Positions 37,575-54,605 are shown, counted from the first letter of the stretch. The stretch: DNA of 64,000 nt from Chrysomallon squamiferum (GCA_012295275.1 CM022666.1:7378001-7442000), one strand, 5' to 3'. The notes: generated from the sequence alone by a model not told the origin. Translations and numbers: made by a program.

Positions 37575-38352
37575 ACATGTTGAGCTCAAGAAGTACTGAG
37601 TCTTAGACCGACGGAAACTTTATTCTTGCAACAGTTTGCCTGTTAGAGAGTATACGGTGATAACTGTTTTGAAGAAATAAATTAAAATAATAATAATAAG
37701 AAGAAGAAGAATAATTATACGAAGCAAGAAACGACTTGTAATAAATCTCTGATACGTATTTATATACTAAATGTCATGCGCTCGATTCATATATGGAATT
37801 TATTTCACATACGTTTTAGTGTCTAGTTAACAATAACAATAAATATAGTGATGATTAAATACACTATTTTTACTTACATGCAGTAATCACCTGAATAGGC
37901 CTTGTATATGGGGCAAAGAACGGAAAGGAGGAAATAAAAAATATAATTTCCTGTTGATATTTATGGGTGTGTATTTTGGTGTATGGGTAGTGTTGTGTAA
38001 TGAACAATGACAAAATTATTTCAGTGAAATAAAACGTGTCTTAATTTGCGTTGTTCTGTTTTCTTCATTTTCTTATTAACACTTCTCATTGTTTTTACAA
38101 AACGTTGATACTGAATCAGCTATACAGAATCTATACTGAACTAAGGGTTGTGTATTCAGTTGAATACATGTTGTAACAAGAACGATTTTATGTTGTTATT
38201 TCTGTTACAATTCTTGTTTAGAAACGTTACTGATGATGAAAATAAAACTGATATGTATCTCAGTGGTTCAGCAAGTTAGAGCTCCCCATCTGTCTACTAA
38301 GCACAGGTTCGAGAGTTCTAATCTCTCTGACACCTTTATGTTTCATTTAATA

Positions 38353-38388
<36 letters not shown>

Positions 38389-38493
38389 CATTATTATTAT
38401 TATTATTATTATTACGTTTATTTATTTAGATTTATTTTTATATTATTTATTATTATTATTATAATTTTTTTTTTTTTTTTTTTTTTTTTTCAG

Positions 38494-39271
<778 letters not shown>

Positions 39272-40042
39272 ACATGTTGAGCTCAAGAAGTACTGAGTCT
39301 TAGACCGACGGGAACTTTATTCTTGCAACAGTTTGCCTGTTAGAGAGTATACGGTGATAACTGTTTTGAAGAAATAAATTAAAATAATAATAATAAGAAG
39401 AAGAAGAATTATACGAAGCAAGAAACGACTTGTAATAAATCTCTGATACGTATTTATATAATAAACATCATGCACACGATTCATATATGGAATTTATTTA
39501 ACATACGTTTTAGTTTCTAGATAACAATAACAATAAATATAGTGATGATTAAATACACTATTTTTACTTACATGCAGTAATCACCTGAATAGGCCTCGTA
39601 TATGTGGCAAAGAACGGAAAGGAGGAAATGATGAATATTATTTCCTGTTGATATTTATGGGTGTGTATTTCGGTGTATGGGTAGTGTTGTGTAATGAACA
39701 ATGACAAAATTATTTCAGTGAAATAAAGCATGTCTTAATTCGCGTTGTTCTGTTTTCTTCATTTTCTTATTAACACTTCTCATTGTTTTTACAAAACGTT
39801 GATACTGAATCAGCTATACAGAATCTATACTGAACTAAGGGTTGTGTATTCAGTTGAATACATATTGTAACAAGAACGATTTTATGTTGTTATTTGTTAC
39901 AATTCTTGTTTAGAAACGTTACTGATGAAGAAAATAAAACTGATATGTATCTCAGTGGTTCAGCAAGTTAGAGCTGCCCATCTGTCTACTAAGCACAGGT
40001 TCGAGAGTTCTAATCTCTCTGATACCTTCATGTTTTATTTCA

Positions 40043-40100
<58 letters not shown>

Positions 40101-40149
40101 TATTATTATTATTACGTTTATTTATTTTGATTTATTTTATATTATTTTA

Positions 40150-40204
<55 letters not shown>

Positions 40205-40646
40205 TTTCGTTATTAGCAAAACTAGAAACTAATTATTTTAATATTCTTACTTCTCGTTCCAACTCGCTGCTCTGTGAAGGTTCAAAGAAACTGCTTTTAA
40301 AGGAACCCTTAGTGCTGATCTATAAGAATGAATCACATTCTTTTCTGTTGCTACATCGCAGAATTACACGATAAGACATGCAATATTAAATATGTCCCGG
40401 TTTTGTTAGATTAAAAAATAATAATACAAATTTAAAAAATTAAAATGCACCTCGTATTATAGATAAAAATCTCATAATAACAAATCAACAAATGTTCAGT
40501 TTCGAAAAGAATTTGTATTTTATTATTAACATTTAACAAGTTTACAAAGCTTGCTGTAAAATGTATAATATCATAATCAATAAAATGTATATAAAGCTTT
40601 TGAAATTATGGCCGACCGAACTAAACTAGCTTTAATTTCCATATGT

Positions 40647-40720
40647 GGCTCTATAGCTCAGTTGGTTAGAGCGTCTGCCTAGTAAGCAGAAGGTCGAGTG
40701 TTCGAATCCCTCTGGAGCCT
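40647..40720 (+). tRNA. tRNA-Thr(AGT)
   Basis: Identical to the 27586 copy; oligo-T terminator follows. Confidence 0.88.
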
Positions 40721-40934
40721 ACAAATGTTTTTGTGTTTTTTTTTAATTTAGTTATTCATATTATTATTTTACCAGCAATTTTCTTTAATACAAATTTAAT
40801 AGACTATTGATAAGCAAATAACAAAGAATGTTAAAGAAATCTTTAGTCGTTTTTGTAACAGATATGAACCGAGGTAGACACATGCACGAATGAAAGAACC
40901 AAAATAAAATGTATGTAAAAACAAAGTGAAAACA

Positions 40935-41908
40935 TCAGCATCCGCTGTGTGACGTCAAAGTAACCACGGCGTTGTTGTTGACGTCGGCGTCGTGACCACA
41001 AAATTTTATTCTAAAAAAAAATATATAATAATAATAATAAATATAAAATTTTTTAATTTACTATTGCTAACCATATATATTATAAAATAGCTATGACTCT
41101 TTCTCCTTAAACTGCTATTACTGAACTTACAACGACGACAAGAACTATTTCTACTATTACTACTACTACAATTTCTACAATTGGTGCTTCTCCTACTTAA
41201 CTTGTGATGGCTGTTTCTTCTACAAATACTGAAAATGCAACTAAAATATCCATAAAACATCCACCCATATCCACAATGAATCCATCCGTCTATTCAGTTG
41301 GTAAGGTCACAAAGTCACTCAGTCAGTAAGTCGATCATTCAGTCAGTCAGTCAGTCAGTAAGACAGTTAGTTGGTAAGTCTGTTAATATCAGTCAATCAG
41401 TCAATCAGTCAGTCAGTCATTCAGTCAATCAGTTAATTAATTACTAAGTCAGTCAGTCAATCATTTAATTAGTAAGTCAGTTAATTAGTTAGTCAGTCAG
41501 TTAATTAGTTAGTCAGTCTGTAGACCACTGAGTCAGTCAATCAGTCTGTCAGTCAGTCAGTGATTTATTCCAACAGATAAGAGCTATAATTCACAACTGT
41601 ACACCAAATCACACGAACACTTACCTGTGCGAGGTATATAAATCTTGGACGTAGACTCGGTGTACGACAACGTCATTGGCTGTACCAGACGTGAAGCCAA
41701 ACTTCCTCTTGAACATGACCTTGACACTGCTGATATGACCCACTGATTGGTGGACAGCTATCACATGCTTTTCTGTGTCCCTTGCATGGTATTCTCGGAA
41801 ATCTCTGAAATCGCGTTTGTTAGAGAATAAGCAAAAAAATTTAAAAAAAAAAGTAATAGTAAAATATAATAATAATATTATTAACAACAAGAACAATAAT
41901 AAATATTA

Positions 41909-41975
<67 letters not shown>

Positions 41976-42403
41976 AAAACAACAACAAGCGAAATAAAAA
42001 ACCCTCCATAGTCATATAATTGCATGAATCTCTTTGTCATTTGCTAACATTAAAATGCAGAAAACGTTATCGTATTTTGCATACTAAACCATTTTTTTAA
42101 AATTAATTTACTATTATTAATAATATTATTATTGTTGTTGTTATTGTTGTTGTTATTACTATTATTATTATTATTATTATTATCATCGTCATCGTCATCA
42201 TCATCATTATTTATTTTTTAATTTTTTTTAAATTAATTAATTTATATATATATATATATATATTTTTTTTTTTTACCTTGTAAATTCTACCGTGTGACTA
42301 TGCCCGGTAGATCCAGTAAGAGTAACATAAATTCGACCAGTGGTCAGCTGTTGTTTAGCAGAGAGGTCAACTTCTACGAAGTACTCATGACCTAAATTAC
42401 GAA

Positions 42404-42439
<36 letters not shown>

Positions 42440-43687
42440 GCATTGAATTAATGAAGTATACGTACTCTGCTGTTTCAGCATAAAAAAGATGTTAATATGA
42501 ACTGTATAACAGAAACGCAGAAAAAAATATCTGAATGATGATAATAACGATGACGATGAGCTGAAAATGATGATGATGATGATGATAAATATAAAGAATA
42601 ACAATTACAATGTTGTTGATGACGACGTAGCTAATAATAAAAATACGCCAATGATGCGTCAAAGGTGACAGTGACATCAAACAACGAAACTGATGAATAG
42701 AATTATTGTTATCGTTGATGACGTTGTTGTTGGTGTTACTGTCACCGTTGTTGTTACTTATATTATTACTGCTGTTACGATGGTTTTAATCATAAGCGTA
42801 ATGACAATGCTGATGTTTATTGATGATTCATATCGATGATTGTGAATGGCCGTTTCGAGATGCTGATAACCACAACAACGACGACGACGGTGGTAAGTTA
42901 CCGCAAAACGGTTTCTGCTGAGTTGTGCTGAGGTAAAACGATCCCTGGCGCTCGATGACACAGAATCGTACCCCATGGGGGGGCACCCACCACCGCGGCA
43001 GCCATGACAGTTGCCCGCCTCGTAGCTGGCCCAGTCTGTGCAGGTGTGGGACCTGAACACACATCGAGAGTTGATGGACTCGATGAAAAGGCTGTGTGAC
43101 CTTGAGTGACTGCAGGAAATCGATTTGCCGTTCCCTGAAATTAAAAAAAAAGTAATAACATTTTTTTCTAAGATGTCAAAGTACGGCTTGTTGTGGAGTC
43201 CACCAGTTGATTCGATGTATCTGACTATTCTAGTAAATTCCGAAGAATAGTTTTAATTTTAATTTTGATAAATAAATCATTCTTTAATTTATACATTTGG
43301 CGTGCCGGTTGGAACGAGATATTTTCTAGGAAGAATATCGTAGCACGTGAGTTACGTTTCTTTGTCATTAATAAACAGGTCACATTTTAAACGTTGCGAG
43401 ATTCTTTACCAAACGACGACATAGAGGCCCTGTTTGGGCAACAGTGTTAGTCAAGAAAACCAACTGAAATTAACGTTATAATTTAAAAAGAAACCGTGAT
43501 CGATGATTCCTATCAACATCCCGCCAATAGTGTCAGCGCACCCAGGCTGGTCGACGCCTCCATTTGGATAAAAGTCCACGTGACCCATTGGCGTTATCAG
43601 TCCATAGCCTGGATAAACAACAACAACAACAACATCAACAACAGCAGCAGCAGCAACAACAACAGCAACAACAACAACAACAGCAGC

Positions 43688-43724
<37 letters not shown>

Positions 43725-44158
43725 GTAATAATAATAATAATAATAAAAAGAAGAAGAATAAGAAGAAGAAGAAGAAGCAGAAGAAGAAGAAGAAGAGAAG
43801 AAGAAGAAGAGCATTCTTTTTCTCTTTATTTTATCTCCGCATCTTCCTTTTCTACGTTTTTCTTTTTCTTCTTCTTCTTCTTCTTCTTCATCTTTTTCTT
43901 TTCTTCTTCTTCTTCTTCTTCTTTTCTTTTTTTCAGCATCATCATCATCATTATTATTATTCAGTTTTCAAATCAGTAATATTCGTTCTATGATATATTA
44001 CTAACAAAGTAACTGACAAGAATGGTAACTCTACCTTTAACTCCTAGAAAGGGTTCTCCGTCTGTGTGAATGACGTCAACAAATATGGCGTCAGTTTTGT
44101 CAAGACGTTTGTTAGATCCCCAGCTAATAAAGTGTGGTTCAGCGGGATCAAGTCCTAA

Positions 44159-44211
<53 letters not shown>

Positions 44212-44302
44212 CAACAACAACAACAACAACAATAATAACGTCGTCATTATGAACATCCACAAAAATCGTAAAAACTTTATTATTTCGATTCTTTCTTTTA
44301 TG

Positions 44303-44357
<55 letters not shown>

Positions 44358-45809
44358 GTAATTTAGTTTTCAGACATGACATATTATCGACTTACTAACC
44401 GGTTATTCGACCTATCCCTCTGGCCACCGCGCCAGCATTTCCGGCCGTGTGCGCCCCAAGACTGTGACCAATCAGATGGACGTTTGCCAAATTGAGGCCC
44501 TCGTTAGTGTGCAAGTATTTTAAAAATTTAGCCAGTTCGGCAGAAACGACAAAACAGTTGGCTGTCGCCTGGGTGTACGGAAACACAGAACCGTGACCCC
44601 AGTCTACGACAAAAACATTGAAATCACCCTGAAAATACATAAATTAATAAAATAATAAATATATAAATAAATTAATTAATTAATAAAATAAATAAATAAA
44701 TAAAAATGAAACGTATTTTTTGATAAATTAATAATAAAAAATAATAATAATTGAAATTAAATAATAATTAAAAAAATGACTAGAAATGTTGTAAATAAAT
44801 AAATAAACAGATAAATAAATAATACAATAAATAAATAAATAAATAAAATAAAATAAAATAAAATAAAATAAAATGAAATAAAATATAAAATAAAGAATAA
44901 TAAAACAAAATAGCATAAAAATAAAATAGAAATTGCTAAAAAATATAATATAATAAAACACATCAAAATAAAAGAAAAAAAAAAAAAGAAAGAAAGATAG
45001 AAAGGAATTTTAATGTCAGCATTTTAGCGTCTGTCCTTCCTGGTTAAAGTGTTAAAAACGCTTCAAAGATTTCGTCTTATCGAAAACGACCTCTCTAAGT
45101 TGTCCCTTTATTCGTACATTGGTCACAGGTGTCATTTTCCCAGGCCAGACGATAATCATGTTACACAATCTAGCAAATCTCTTTCTTTTTTTTTAGGACA
45201 AACAAAATGAAATTCAAAATATATTTATTTATTTGTTTCTTTGCTTGTTTTATTGATTTTAGTTTTAAATTTAATTTGTATGCTTATTTGTTTGATTATT
45301 TGCGATTTTTTTTTTAATTTCCCTAATTTTATTTATTCAATTTTTTGTTTGTTTTGTTTTCTTTTTTGATTATTATGTTTATATGACAAAATCCTTATAA
45401 ATGAATAAATAAATAAATAAACAATTTAAGCTATCAACAAAGACTTAAAATTCCAAATCTTGAACCCTACCTTTTTCAGAAGTTCATTTTTCATCTCCAA
45501 AACCCAGTCTTTATTTCCCTTGTCTAAGAAACCGTGGATGATGAACTTCGTGTCCTTGAACTTTGAAAAGTGACCTTGACCCAGCAAGTGATGCCACGTG
45601 TTCGTGTGTCTAGCGACCACGCGGGTTGGTTGATTTCTTGTTGATCTCGTGAACAGGACGTAGTCGGTTCGAATCTGGTCGGGACTCTGCGGGAGACCGT
45701 CAAACCCAGGCACGGTTTCGAAACAACCAAGGTCTCCATAGCAACGCTGTGCAGCTTCGCACGTGCCGGTCGTTAGAACAACCAGTGATAAAATGAAGAT
45801 GATCCTCAT
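40935..45809 (-). CDS. Pancreatic lipase-related protein (signal peptide, lipase domain, PLAT domain), 8 exons: 45809-45471, 44628-44400, 44154-44035, 43608-43495, 43134-42902, 42391-42277, 41804-41625, 41010-40935; one -1 frameshift at ~42944
   Basis: Motifs 'CYGDLGCF', 'TKFIIHGF', 'NVFVVDW', 'HLIGHSLGAH' (Ser), 'ITGLDPAEP' (Asp), 'VDVIHTD', 'GHVDFYPNGG', 'CSHSRS' (His), 'FYLSTTQQKPFC', followed by a PLAT-type beta region. Confidence 0.93.
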
Positions 45810-46277
45810 GTTTTGATTATTATTATTATTATTATTATTATTATCTGTTTTGTTTTTTGATTTTTTTTCTTCTTCCTCTCTTTCCCTTTTTCCAGATAAA
45901 ATTCTTTAAATTGTTATTTTGTTGTTGTTGTTTTTTTTTTTTTTTTTTTTCTTCCAGATAAGGCACCTTTAACAGTCTTTTCACTTCCCGACCAAAATTT
46001 CGAAGTAGTGTTCCTGTTTGCTTTTATCTAATTATGCTGTATATAAATGAAAACGTTATCTTGAAAACCTTGGCCTGAAACAGACGTCAGAGGAGCGGTT
46101 CTAGAACTGATAATGTAGACGTGATTAAGGCAAAACTTGTTTGTAACGATTCATTTTTCGTGTATTTATTGTTACTGGAAACTAAATTTTAAAATTGTTT
46201 TCCAGTATTTTAATTTTCTTCCACAATTTTAATTCTTTAGATATTTTAAGCTATATTGTATTATTTTCCTTTCCTTT

Positions 46278-46320
<43 letters not shown>

Positions 46321-46453
46321 TTAATTATTTATTAGTTTGTTTCTGTATTTGTTTATTTATTTGTTTGTTTGTTTCTTATTTTGTTGGAGTACTGTAGCTG
46401 TTGTTGTTGTTGTCCTTCTTCTTCTTCTTCTTTTTCTTCTTCTTCTTCTTCTT

Positions 46454-46513
<60 letters not shown>

Positions 46514-46689
46514 TTCATTATCAGTCATCATCATTTATTTATTTATTTAGACAGACAAACATCAGCTGGTCAAATACTTATGTAACATTTATGATTAAAT
46601 TCACGTTTAATTTACACTGCTACAAAAAGAAGAAAAAAGGTTTCAATATTTATTTAATAATAACAATTTTATGTGAAAAATAAAAATAA

Positions 46690-46732
<43 letters not shown>

Positions 46733-46867
46733 GTAAATGTTTTCTGCTTTAGATCTGTTCTAGATTTTTTATTTTTTTCACAAATACTGTATTGTTACAT
46801 AATACTATACATTAGTATTTATTTGCCAGATTAACAGTTTGAAAAAATTCTACTTCCCAAACAGAAT

Positions 46868-47097
46868 TATTCAAATCCATAATTTTAAGAGACAGAATTA
46901 ATATATGTTGACATCGGGCCGCTATAATATAAGTAAAAACTAAAACTCGCTGGAAATCAAATTTGTAAAAGCCGATGATGACCGATGATAGCCGTTCATT
47001 TCCGACCATTCTCCGTCAGCGGGTCGATCACGTGTCTTTGAAGGGTGCTCAGTCTAAGTCGCCAGGTGTTTTTGTTTTTGTTTTGTTGTTGTTGTTT

Positions 47098-47159
<62 letters not shown>

Positions 47160-47427
47160 TTAGGGATAGTTCTGTCATTTCATGGTTAAAATAACGAGAT
47201 AATTAACTGTTTACTGTTACAAACAAGGCGACTGGTAAGAGTTGTGTCTGGTCGGTATTGATCCTAAAACCGCTCGTTCTTTGCAGTACTTCCTAGCATC
47301 AAGTTGTAAATCATTAACTCTACGGGGTAGTAGGCGAGGTGTTATTAACAGCGGCTCTATAGCTCAGTTGGTTAGAGCGTCTGCCTAGTAAGCAGAAGGT
47401 CGAGTGTTCGAATCCCTCTGGAGCCTT
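46868..47427 (+). repeat. ~500-bp dispersed duplication (copy B) with tRNA-Thr
   Basis: Homologous to 27150-27660, with a (GA)n expansion in the middle. Confidence 0.9.
47353..47426 (+). tRNA. tRNA-Thr(AGT)
   Basis: Identical to the 27586 copy; oligo-T follows. Confidence 0.88.
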
Positions 47428-47809
47428 GATGGTTTTTTTTTCTCCTGATCTTTTAAAAAAATATTTTTACCTTTTTCTTGAGAGTGTGTATTTTTATAAA
47501 ATGACATAAAATATAAAAACTTAAATTAAATAATTCCAGTAACCAATAAAACCAAAACAAAAAAGAAATTATGAATTTATTTTCAAATAATTATAAAAGA
47601 ATAACAAAGAAAATATAAATGTAAAATAATCAATATAGTACTCTCCTCCAAAAAAAATTATTGGATTGTGAAAAAAAAACAAATTCAGAAATGGATGGAA
47701 ATTAATGACAGATTTTTATATTAAAATGAAATTTTTATATAAAAAAAAAATTCAGAAAAGGATGGACATTTTCATGATTATTGTAAATATTAAAATGAAA
47801 TAAGTCAGT

Positions 47810-48410
47810 TAATTGTGGACATCTTGTTCATGAAGCAATGTAAATTTATCAATCTTGTTCATGAATGACTAAATAAACAAAATGTTTGTGAAGTATGGAA
47901 TTAATTATCTTGTTCATGTATGGAATAAGCATGGTTCAATAAGTATGATGATAGTTGTCTTGTTTCCTGATGAAGTACTGATAAAAAGAAGTCAAGTCTT
48001 GTTTATGAAGTGGTAACAAAAAGTAGTCAAATCTTCTTTATGAAGTAGTGTTAAAGAAATCAAGTCTTGTTTTTTAGATGAACTTATAAAAAAAGTTAAA
48101 TCTTGTTCTAGAAGTAGTGATTAAAGAAATCAAGTCTTCTTTTAGATGTAGTGACTGAAAATAGTTGGAATGTTAATCATTTAGTGTCTTTTTGACTAAA
48201 TAGTCCTATTTCATGAACAAGTTAAATACTGATTGGACCATGAAGTAGTGACTAGAAGGAAGTCACTACCTTTTTCATGTACCATTGACTATAAAATTAA
48301 AATAGTGAAGTCATTACTTCAAGAAGTAGTTAGTAATTACTTTCATCTTGGATGTGAAATAAAAATGAATCAAGTCATTACACAATTCCTGAACTAGTGA
48401 CTAAAATTAA
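47810..48410. repeat. Old degenerate ~38-bp tandem repeat (aatcttgttcatgaagtagtgactaaa-like)
   Basis: Recurrent 'tcttgttcatgaa' and 'atgaagtagtg' motifs. Confidence 0.6.
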
Positions 48411-48742
48411 TCAATTTATTTTTTATTTTTTTTTTTTATTAAAAACACCTGTAGATTAAAAAATAAGAATAATAAAAAATATTTTTATACAAAAACTCAC
48501 TCAAAAAATTAATAAATTAATAAATAATAAATGTATAAATGTAGAATGGAAGAATTTCATCTGAACTGGAGAAAAAAAATATATATATATCTTGAAACTT
48601 TTGACTGGAAGAATTTTCTGGAACTGTTTATAAAGAAATGTTTAACTTCATGTTTTTATAAGGAATTCTTGATATGTTAATTTCTCTGTGTTTAGACAGA
48701 ATTGTTTTTCTCACAGGATACATTTTTATCTTGCCTGTTTTA

Positions 48743-50644
48743 TCAATCTTGTAACACATTTTCAGAATTCACCTGAAAAAAAAAAAAAAAAAATATGAAG
48801 AATAAATTTATGTAAAATTTCACCTGAAACAAAATAATAAAAATTATAGGGTGAATTTATGTAAAATTTCCCATAAAAAAATTATCATATATTTACCAAT
48901 ATTACACTTCACACTTTTTTAAATATTAAATCTTACAAATACAAATCATTAGTTTATGACATTTTGAAATGTATTTTTAACTTTAATGCACTGTACAATA
49001 TAAGCATGATATAATCCAGCATATTAAAATAATAAAAACTGCTATGAATAACAGCTAAATATTAGATATAATTTAAAAAAAATCTTGATAACATGCTATG
49101 CAATGCATACTAATATATATATATAAAGGAATATTATTTGTTCCATATAAAATTTATAATATAATATTTGTTGCATTTGACTTGTAATATTTTCCACAGC
49201 TTCTGCTTCCATTATTACTACAAATACTTCTACTACAGCAACAAATACTAATACAACAACAACAAATACTGATATGATAACTACAAAGACTACTACTACT
49301 ACTACTACTATAAATATTAATAAATTTACTGCTGCTACCACAACTACAAATACAACTATTCCAAATGCTACCATTACAACTGCTATGACTACTACAATTA
49401 CTCCACTATTACTACTATTACTTCTACAACTACAAATACTACTCTACTACATTTACAGATACTACATCAACTAAAATACTATTGCTGCTACAATTACTAG
49501 TACAACAACTACATTTACTGTTGCTGTAGTGTCTACAAATACTACTACTACAACAGCCATAAATATTACTATTTCTACAAGTACCGCTATTACTACAACT
49601 ACAAATACTACTATATATAACTATCTTTACTATTTCTGTTATTATTAGTGCTATTACAAGTACTACTTCAACTATTACTACTACTACTAATATTATGATA
49701 GTAATAACAACAAAGATTATAATAATAATGATACTGGTGGTACTAGTTATAGTAGTAGTAGTAGCAATGGTAGTAGTTGTAGCAGTACCAACAGATATCA
49801 TAATATTAATACAACAATAAAAACAACAAAGTTACTAAGAATAATACTAATAATAACCACAATAACACCAATAATAACAACAGCAATAACAACAATAATA
49901 TATCAAAATGACTCTTAATTTAAAAAAAATAAAATAAAAAATAAAAAACCTTTCTTTCCAGATTGAGATAGCCATCAATCTTATCCTGCACTTTATGTGT
50001 TTTTATCTTTTCTTCTGTCAGATGCATCACCCCACATGACCTCAAAGCTTCATCCACAATCTCCATGACAACAGAACGCATTTGCACCTCCTTATACTGG
50101 AGATCTTCTAAGTCGAAGTGTATGGGATCTGTACGCATTTCTGAGGGTGTGGTGCTCAGTTTTTTGTTCCTATGAAAGCAAAAGGGTTAAACAGCAGAAT
50201 AGGTTTTTAGAAAAGATTTTTATGTTATAAATTAAAAATGAAATATCAGAATTTTTTTTTTTTTTTTTCTGTTATAATTTGTAAAAGTGAAAGTCCAAAA
50301 ATGGATTAAATTTAGATATATATTAGTATTTAATTATTATAATAATTAATTTAAACGGGGGGAAAAAATTGACATTTTTATAAAAACAATATAAAAACTG
50401 CTTTTCATTTTTTTTTCATTTTTATCTTTTTAATTATAACTAATGCAGATCTTGAAACAGAAAAATTTAAGATGAAAAATAATAAGGAAATATATTTAAA
50501 ATTTATTTTTACCATAAATTGAAAGCTTTCCACATAAATCTTTTGGTTTCATGGTCATTTTCATCCTGCAATCTTAACACATAAATACTTGTCATCCTCT
50601 GAAAAAAATCAAAAAAATAAATAATAATAATAATAACAATAATA

Positions 50645-50691
<47 letters not shown>

Positions 50692-51663
50692 TAATAAATG
50701 AATAAATTAAATAGGAGAAATACATTAATCTGTGAAAATTTAACAACTAGCCTGAACTTGTAAGTCGTGATAAAATGTCTTTGTTGTTATGAAGTCATTA
50801 CTGCTGTTGTTATATTATTAATATTGCTGTATTATTATTACTAGTAGTAGTAGTAGTAGCAGTGGTAGCAGTATTTTTATTATTATTATTATTGTAACTG
50901 TTGCTATAATTATTATTATTGTTTGTTATTATTATTATTGTTGTTACAATTGATATTACTTTCCTTCTTTTTATTATTTTCATCCCAACATCTATTTTTA
51001 TTCCTACCATTATTGTTATTATTATATTTCTTATTATCATCATCATAATTATTTTAATATTATTATTATTATCAGTAGTAGTAGTAGTAGTAGTAAAATA
51101 TCATTATAAATATTACTATTATTATCACTTTATATTATTATTCTTATTATTATCATATTTATCCTTTTATTATTATTATTATTATTATTTCTATTATCAT
51201 CGTAGTCTTTTCATTATTAGTATTAATAGTAGCAGTGGCAGTAGTGGTAGTAATAGCAGTAGTAGTAGTAGTAGTAGTTGTAATAGTATAATTAATACTG
51301 CTATCAGTAAGGAAAGATAACTCTACTTACTTTAGAAAACATGATGGCGTGTATTTTACCATTAATACACACAGTTGTAATTTTAGAATCTTCTGGAAGA
51401 GGCAGCAGTTTTTCATCCAAACTACACCCACCAAAATCTTTATTGATATAAAAATAAAAAAATATTTCATATTAGTTATATAATAAATATAAGGTAGTCA
51501 TAAAATGTATACAATTTATACTGAGATTGTCAGAGAAATGTTTAGTGTATTATAAATAGCAGTTGTAAAATGAACTTTCTAAATCTTTAATAATAGTTGT
51601 AGTTGTAGTTGTAGTAATAGTATTAATGGTAGTAGTAGTAGTAGTAGTAGCAGTATAATTTCA

Positions 51664-51718
<55 letters not shown>

Positions 51719-53311
51719 TTTAATAATCATAATAAAAATAATAATTTTAATAATAGTAGCAATAACAGAAATTTTAATATAATAATAATATTAATATTAA
51801 TAGAAATAATAATAATTTTAATAATAACAGTAGTAATATTAACAGTAATAATAATAGCAATAATAACAGAAATAATCATTTCAACAACAGCAACAATACT
51901 AACAATAATAAAATAAATTTTAATAATAACGGCAGTAACAATCAGTATTAACAGAAATTCACACAAACACACATATATACGTACCCATGCACACACATTA
52001 TTAATAAACAAAACTACAAAATAATGTGTTTTTTTTTGTTTTAAAACTTACAGGAAGGACGTGAAAGATCCTCCACGCGCAGAACCAGTTTTCCTGTTGA
52101 CAGTGAAACACAGCGAAGTCGTCCATTGAACAAAATAAACAAATAATCGGAGCCAGTCGGTCCAAACACTTGAGATACCTGAGAAAACAAAAAACCAAAA
52201 AAAAAAGTACAGTGTTTTCAGTTAAAAAAAAATTAAAAATTAAAAAAAAAAGTAAAATGTCTGTCATTGTTATGGTCACAGTTAAAAAAAAAAAAGAAAA
52301 AAAAAGTATCTGTATGATATTCAATTAAAAAAAAATTACCATCTTCAGAAAAAGAAATTAAAAATATCTTTTGCTGTCATGATTACTACAAACATTAATT
52401 ACCATCTTCAGTAAAAAAAGATAAAAATGTTTTTCATTGCCATGGTTACTGTAAATATAAATTACTATCTTCAGTAAAAAGAGATAGAAATTAATGGAAC
52501 CTTGAAATGACTTTAAAAAAAAAAAAAAAAATAGAATAAAGTTCCAGATCTTTAAGACAAACAAAATACTGATACTACATTGCTGTGGGTTTAAGATCTT
52601 CAGTAATAATAAAAGAAGGTAGGACTGTTCTTAGTTGTCATGGCAACAGCTGACTTTATTCCATGCTGTCATAGATTTCAGTATTGTACCAAGTTTTTAA
52701 TACCCACTGAGATTCCAAACCATTAAAACCAACAGATATGAGTAAACCACAAAACAGATTAATAGATCGTCCATGGGTAGGTGCATATTAAAGAATTATT
52801 ACTGCTAATGGCAGAAGTGGATAATTTTCTTAGATAAAATAAATGTTAGGTGCATTGCACACTTGAGGACCAGTAAAGCAATATAAAAATTTTTTTTAAA
52901 TTTTAATTTTTCAATCATGCATTTTTTAATTAATTTATTCATTATTCGCTGACTCACAGCACATGCGATGATGTCATTGTGGTGCTGCAGTTTGGTGAAC
53001 TCAGTCTCTGTGACGTGCACATCGAGCTGAACGTCACGTGGTGTCATAGACCTGACATCCACAACTACAACAGTCATGTGAGCCTCTGAAATGTACAATA
53101 TATAGATATATATGGATGGATGGATGGATGGACATGTACTTTTATACGTGTATGTGTATGTGTGTGTGTGTAAATATAAATATATATATATATATGTATT
53201 ACACAAACACACACATACTTATATATACACAGACACACACACATACATACATTCATATACATATACACACAGTCACACACATACATATATATACATACAT
53301 ACATACATACA

Positions 53312-53347
<36 letters not shown>

Positions 53348-54403
53348 TATATATATTTATATTTAAGAAGTATTTTGTTTTGATGTGTAGTTTTTGTAGG
53401 TGACCAAAAAATCAGCATCCATGAATCTTCTACACTTAATGTACAATGAATTGAGAAATAAAACAGTTAATTTTATTTAGCTGTTTTGGGGTATTATTTA
53501 GGATTAAAGGATGAAAGAAATAACTTGTTACCATCTCAGGTCATTTTGACGTTTACAAGATAAAGCTGATATTGTAAAACAGAAACAAGTTATTCCCATG
53601 CATGCATGCATACACACACACACGCATGCACAGACAATATTCAAAGTTATTCCTTTAGTGTTTAATTACTAGTTTAGATCGTAAACGACAATTTTTATTT
53701 TCGGTATGTCTAATCTACTGTTTATTTCATTAAATAACCTGATTAATATAAAATATTCTTTAATATAATACATAGAGAAATTTCAAACTAGAAACAAAAT
53801 AAAGCCACACCAACAGACGGATAAATGAACAGACAGACAGAAAGATCAGCAAGAAGGAAAGGATCAGACAGATAGAGAGACACAGACAGACAGCGAGACA
53901 CACAGATTCTGCAACTAGACAGACAGAAATTTAAGTTGTTATTTTACGACAACAAACCTTTTGGTGGATATTTAGGAAAAAGAAGAATAAAAACCAGCTC
54001 TCTTCCAGTTGGTGTTTGTGTTACAGCTAACATCTTAGTACACTTTACCTGTAAGTACATAACATAGCAACAACAACAACAACAACAACAACATTAATAA
54101 TAATAATAGTAGTAATAATCATAATGATAATGGTTATAATAATAAATAACAATAATAAAGATAATAATAGTATTTATAATTATAATTATAATGATGATGA
54201 TGGTGATACTAATACTACTACTACTACTACTACTAATAATAATAATAATAATCATAATAATGATAATAATGACCATAATAATAATAACAGTAAGAAGAAG
54301 AAGAAGAACAATATCAACAATAACAGCAGTAAAATATTAAGTGAACTGGATATGTAAAATACATTTTTATTTTTACATTTTTATTATTATATATACATGC
54401 ATT

Positions 54404-54451
<48 letters not shown>

Positions 54452-54572
54452 TATATACACACACACACAGACATACACACATACATACACACAGACACAC
54501 ATACATACACACACACACACACACACATACACACATACATACACACAGACACACACACATGCATTTATATAA

Positions 54573-54605
<33 letters not shown>

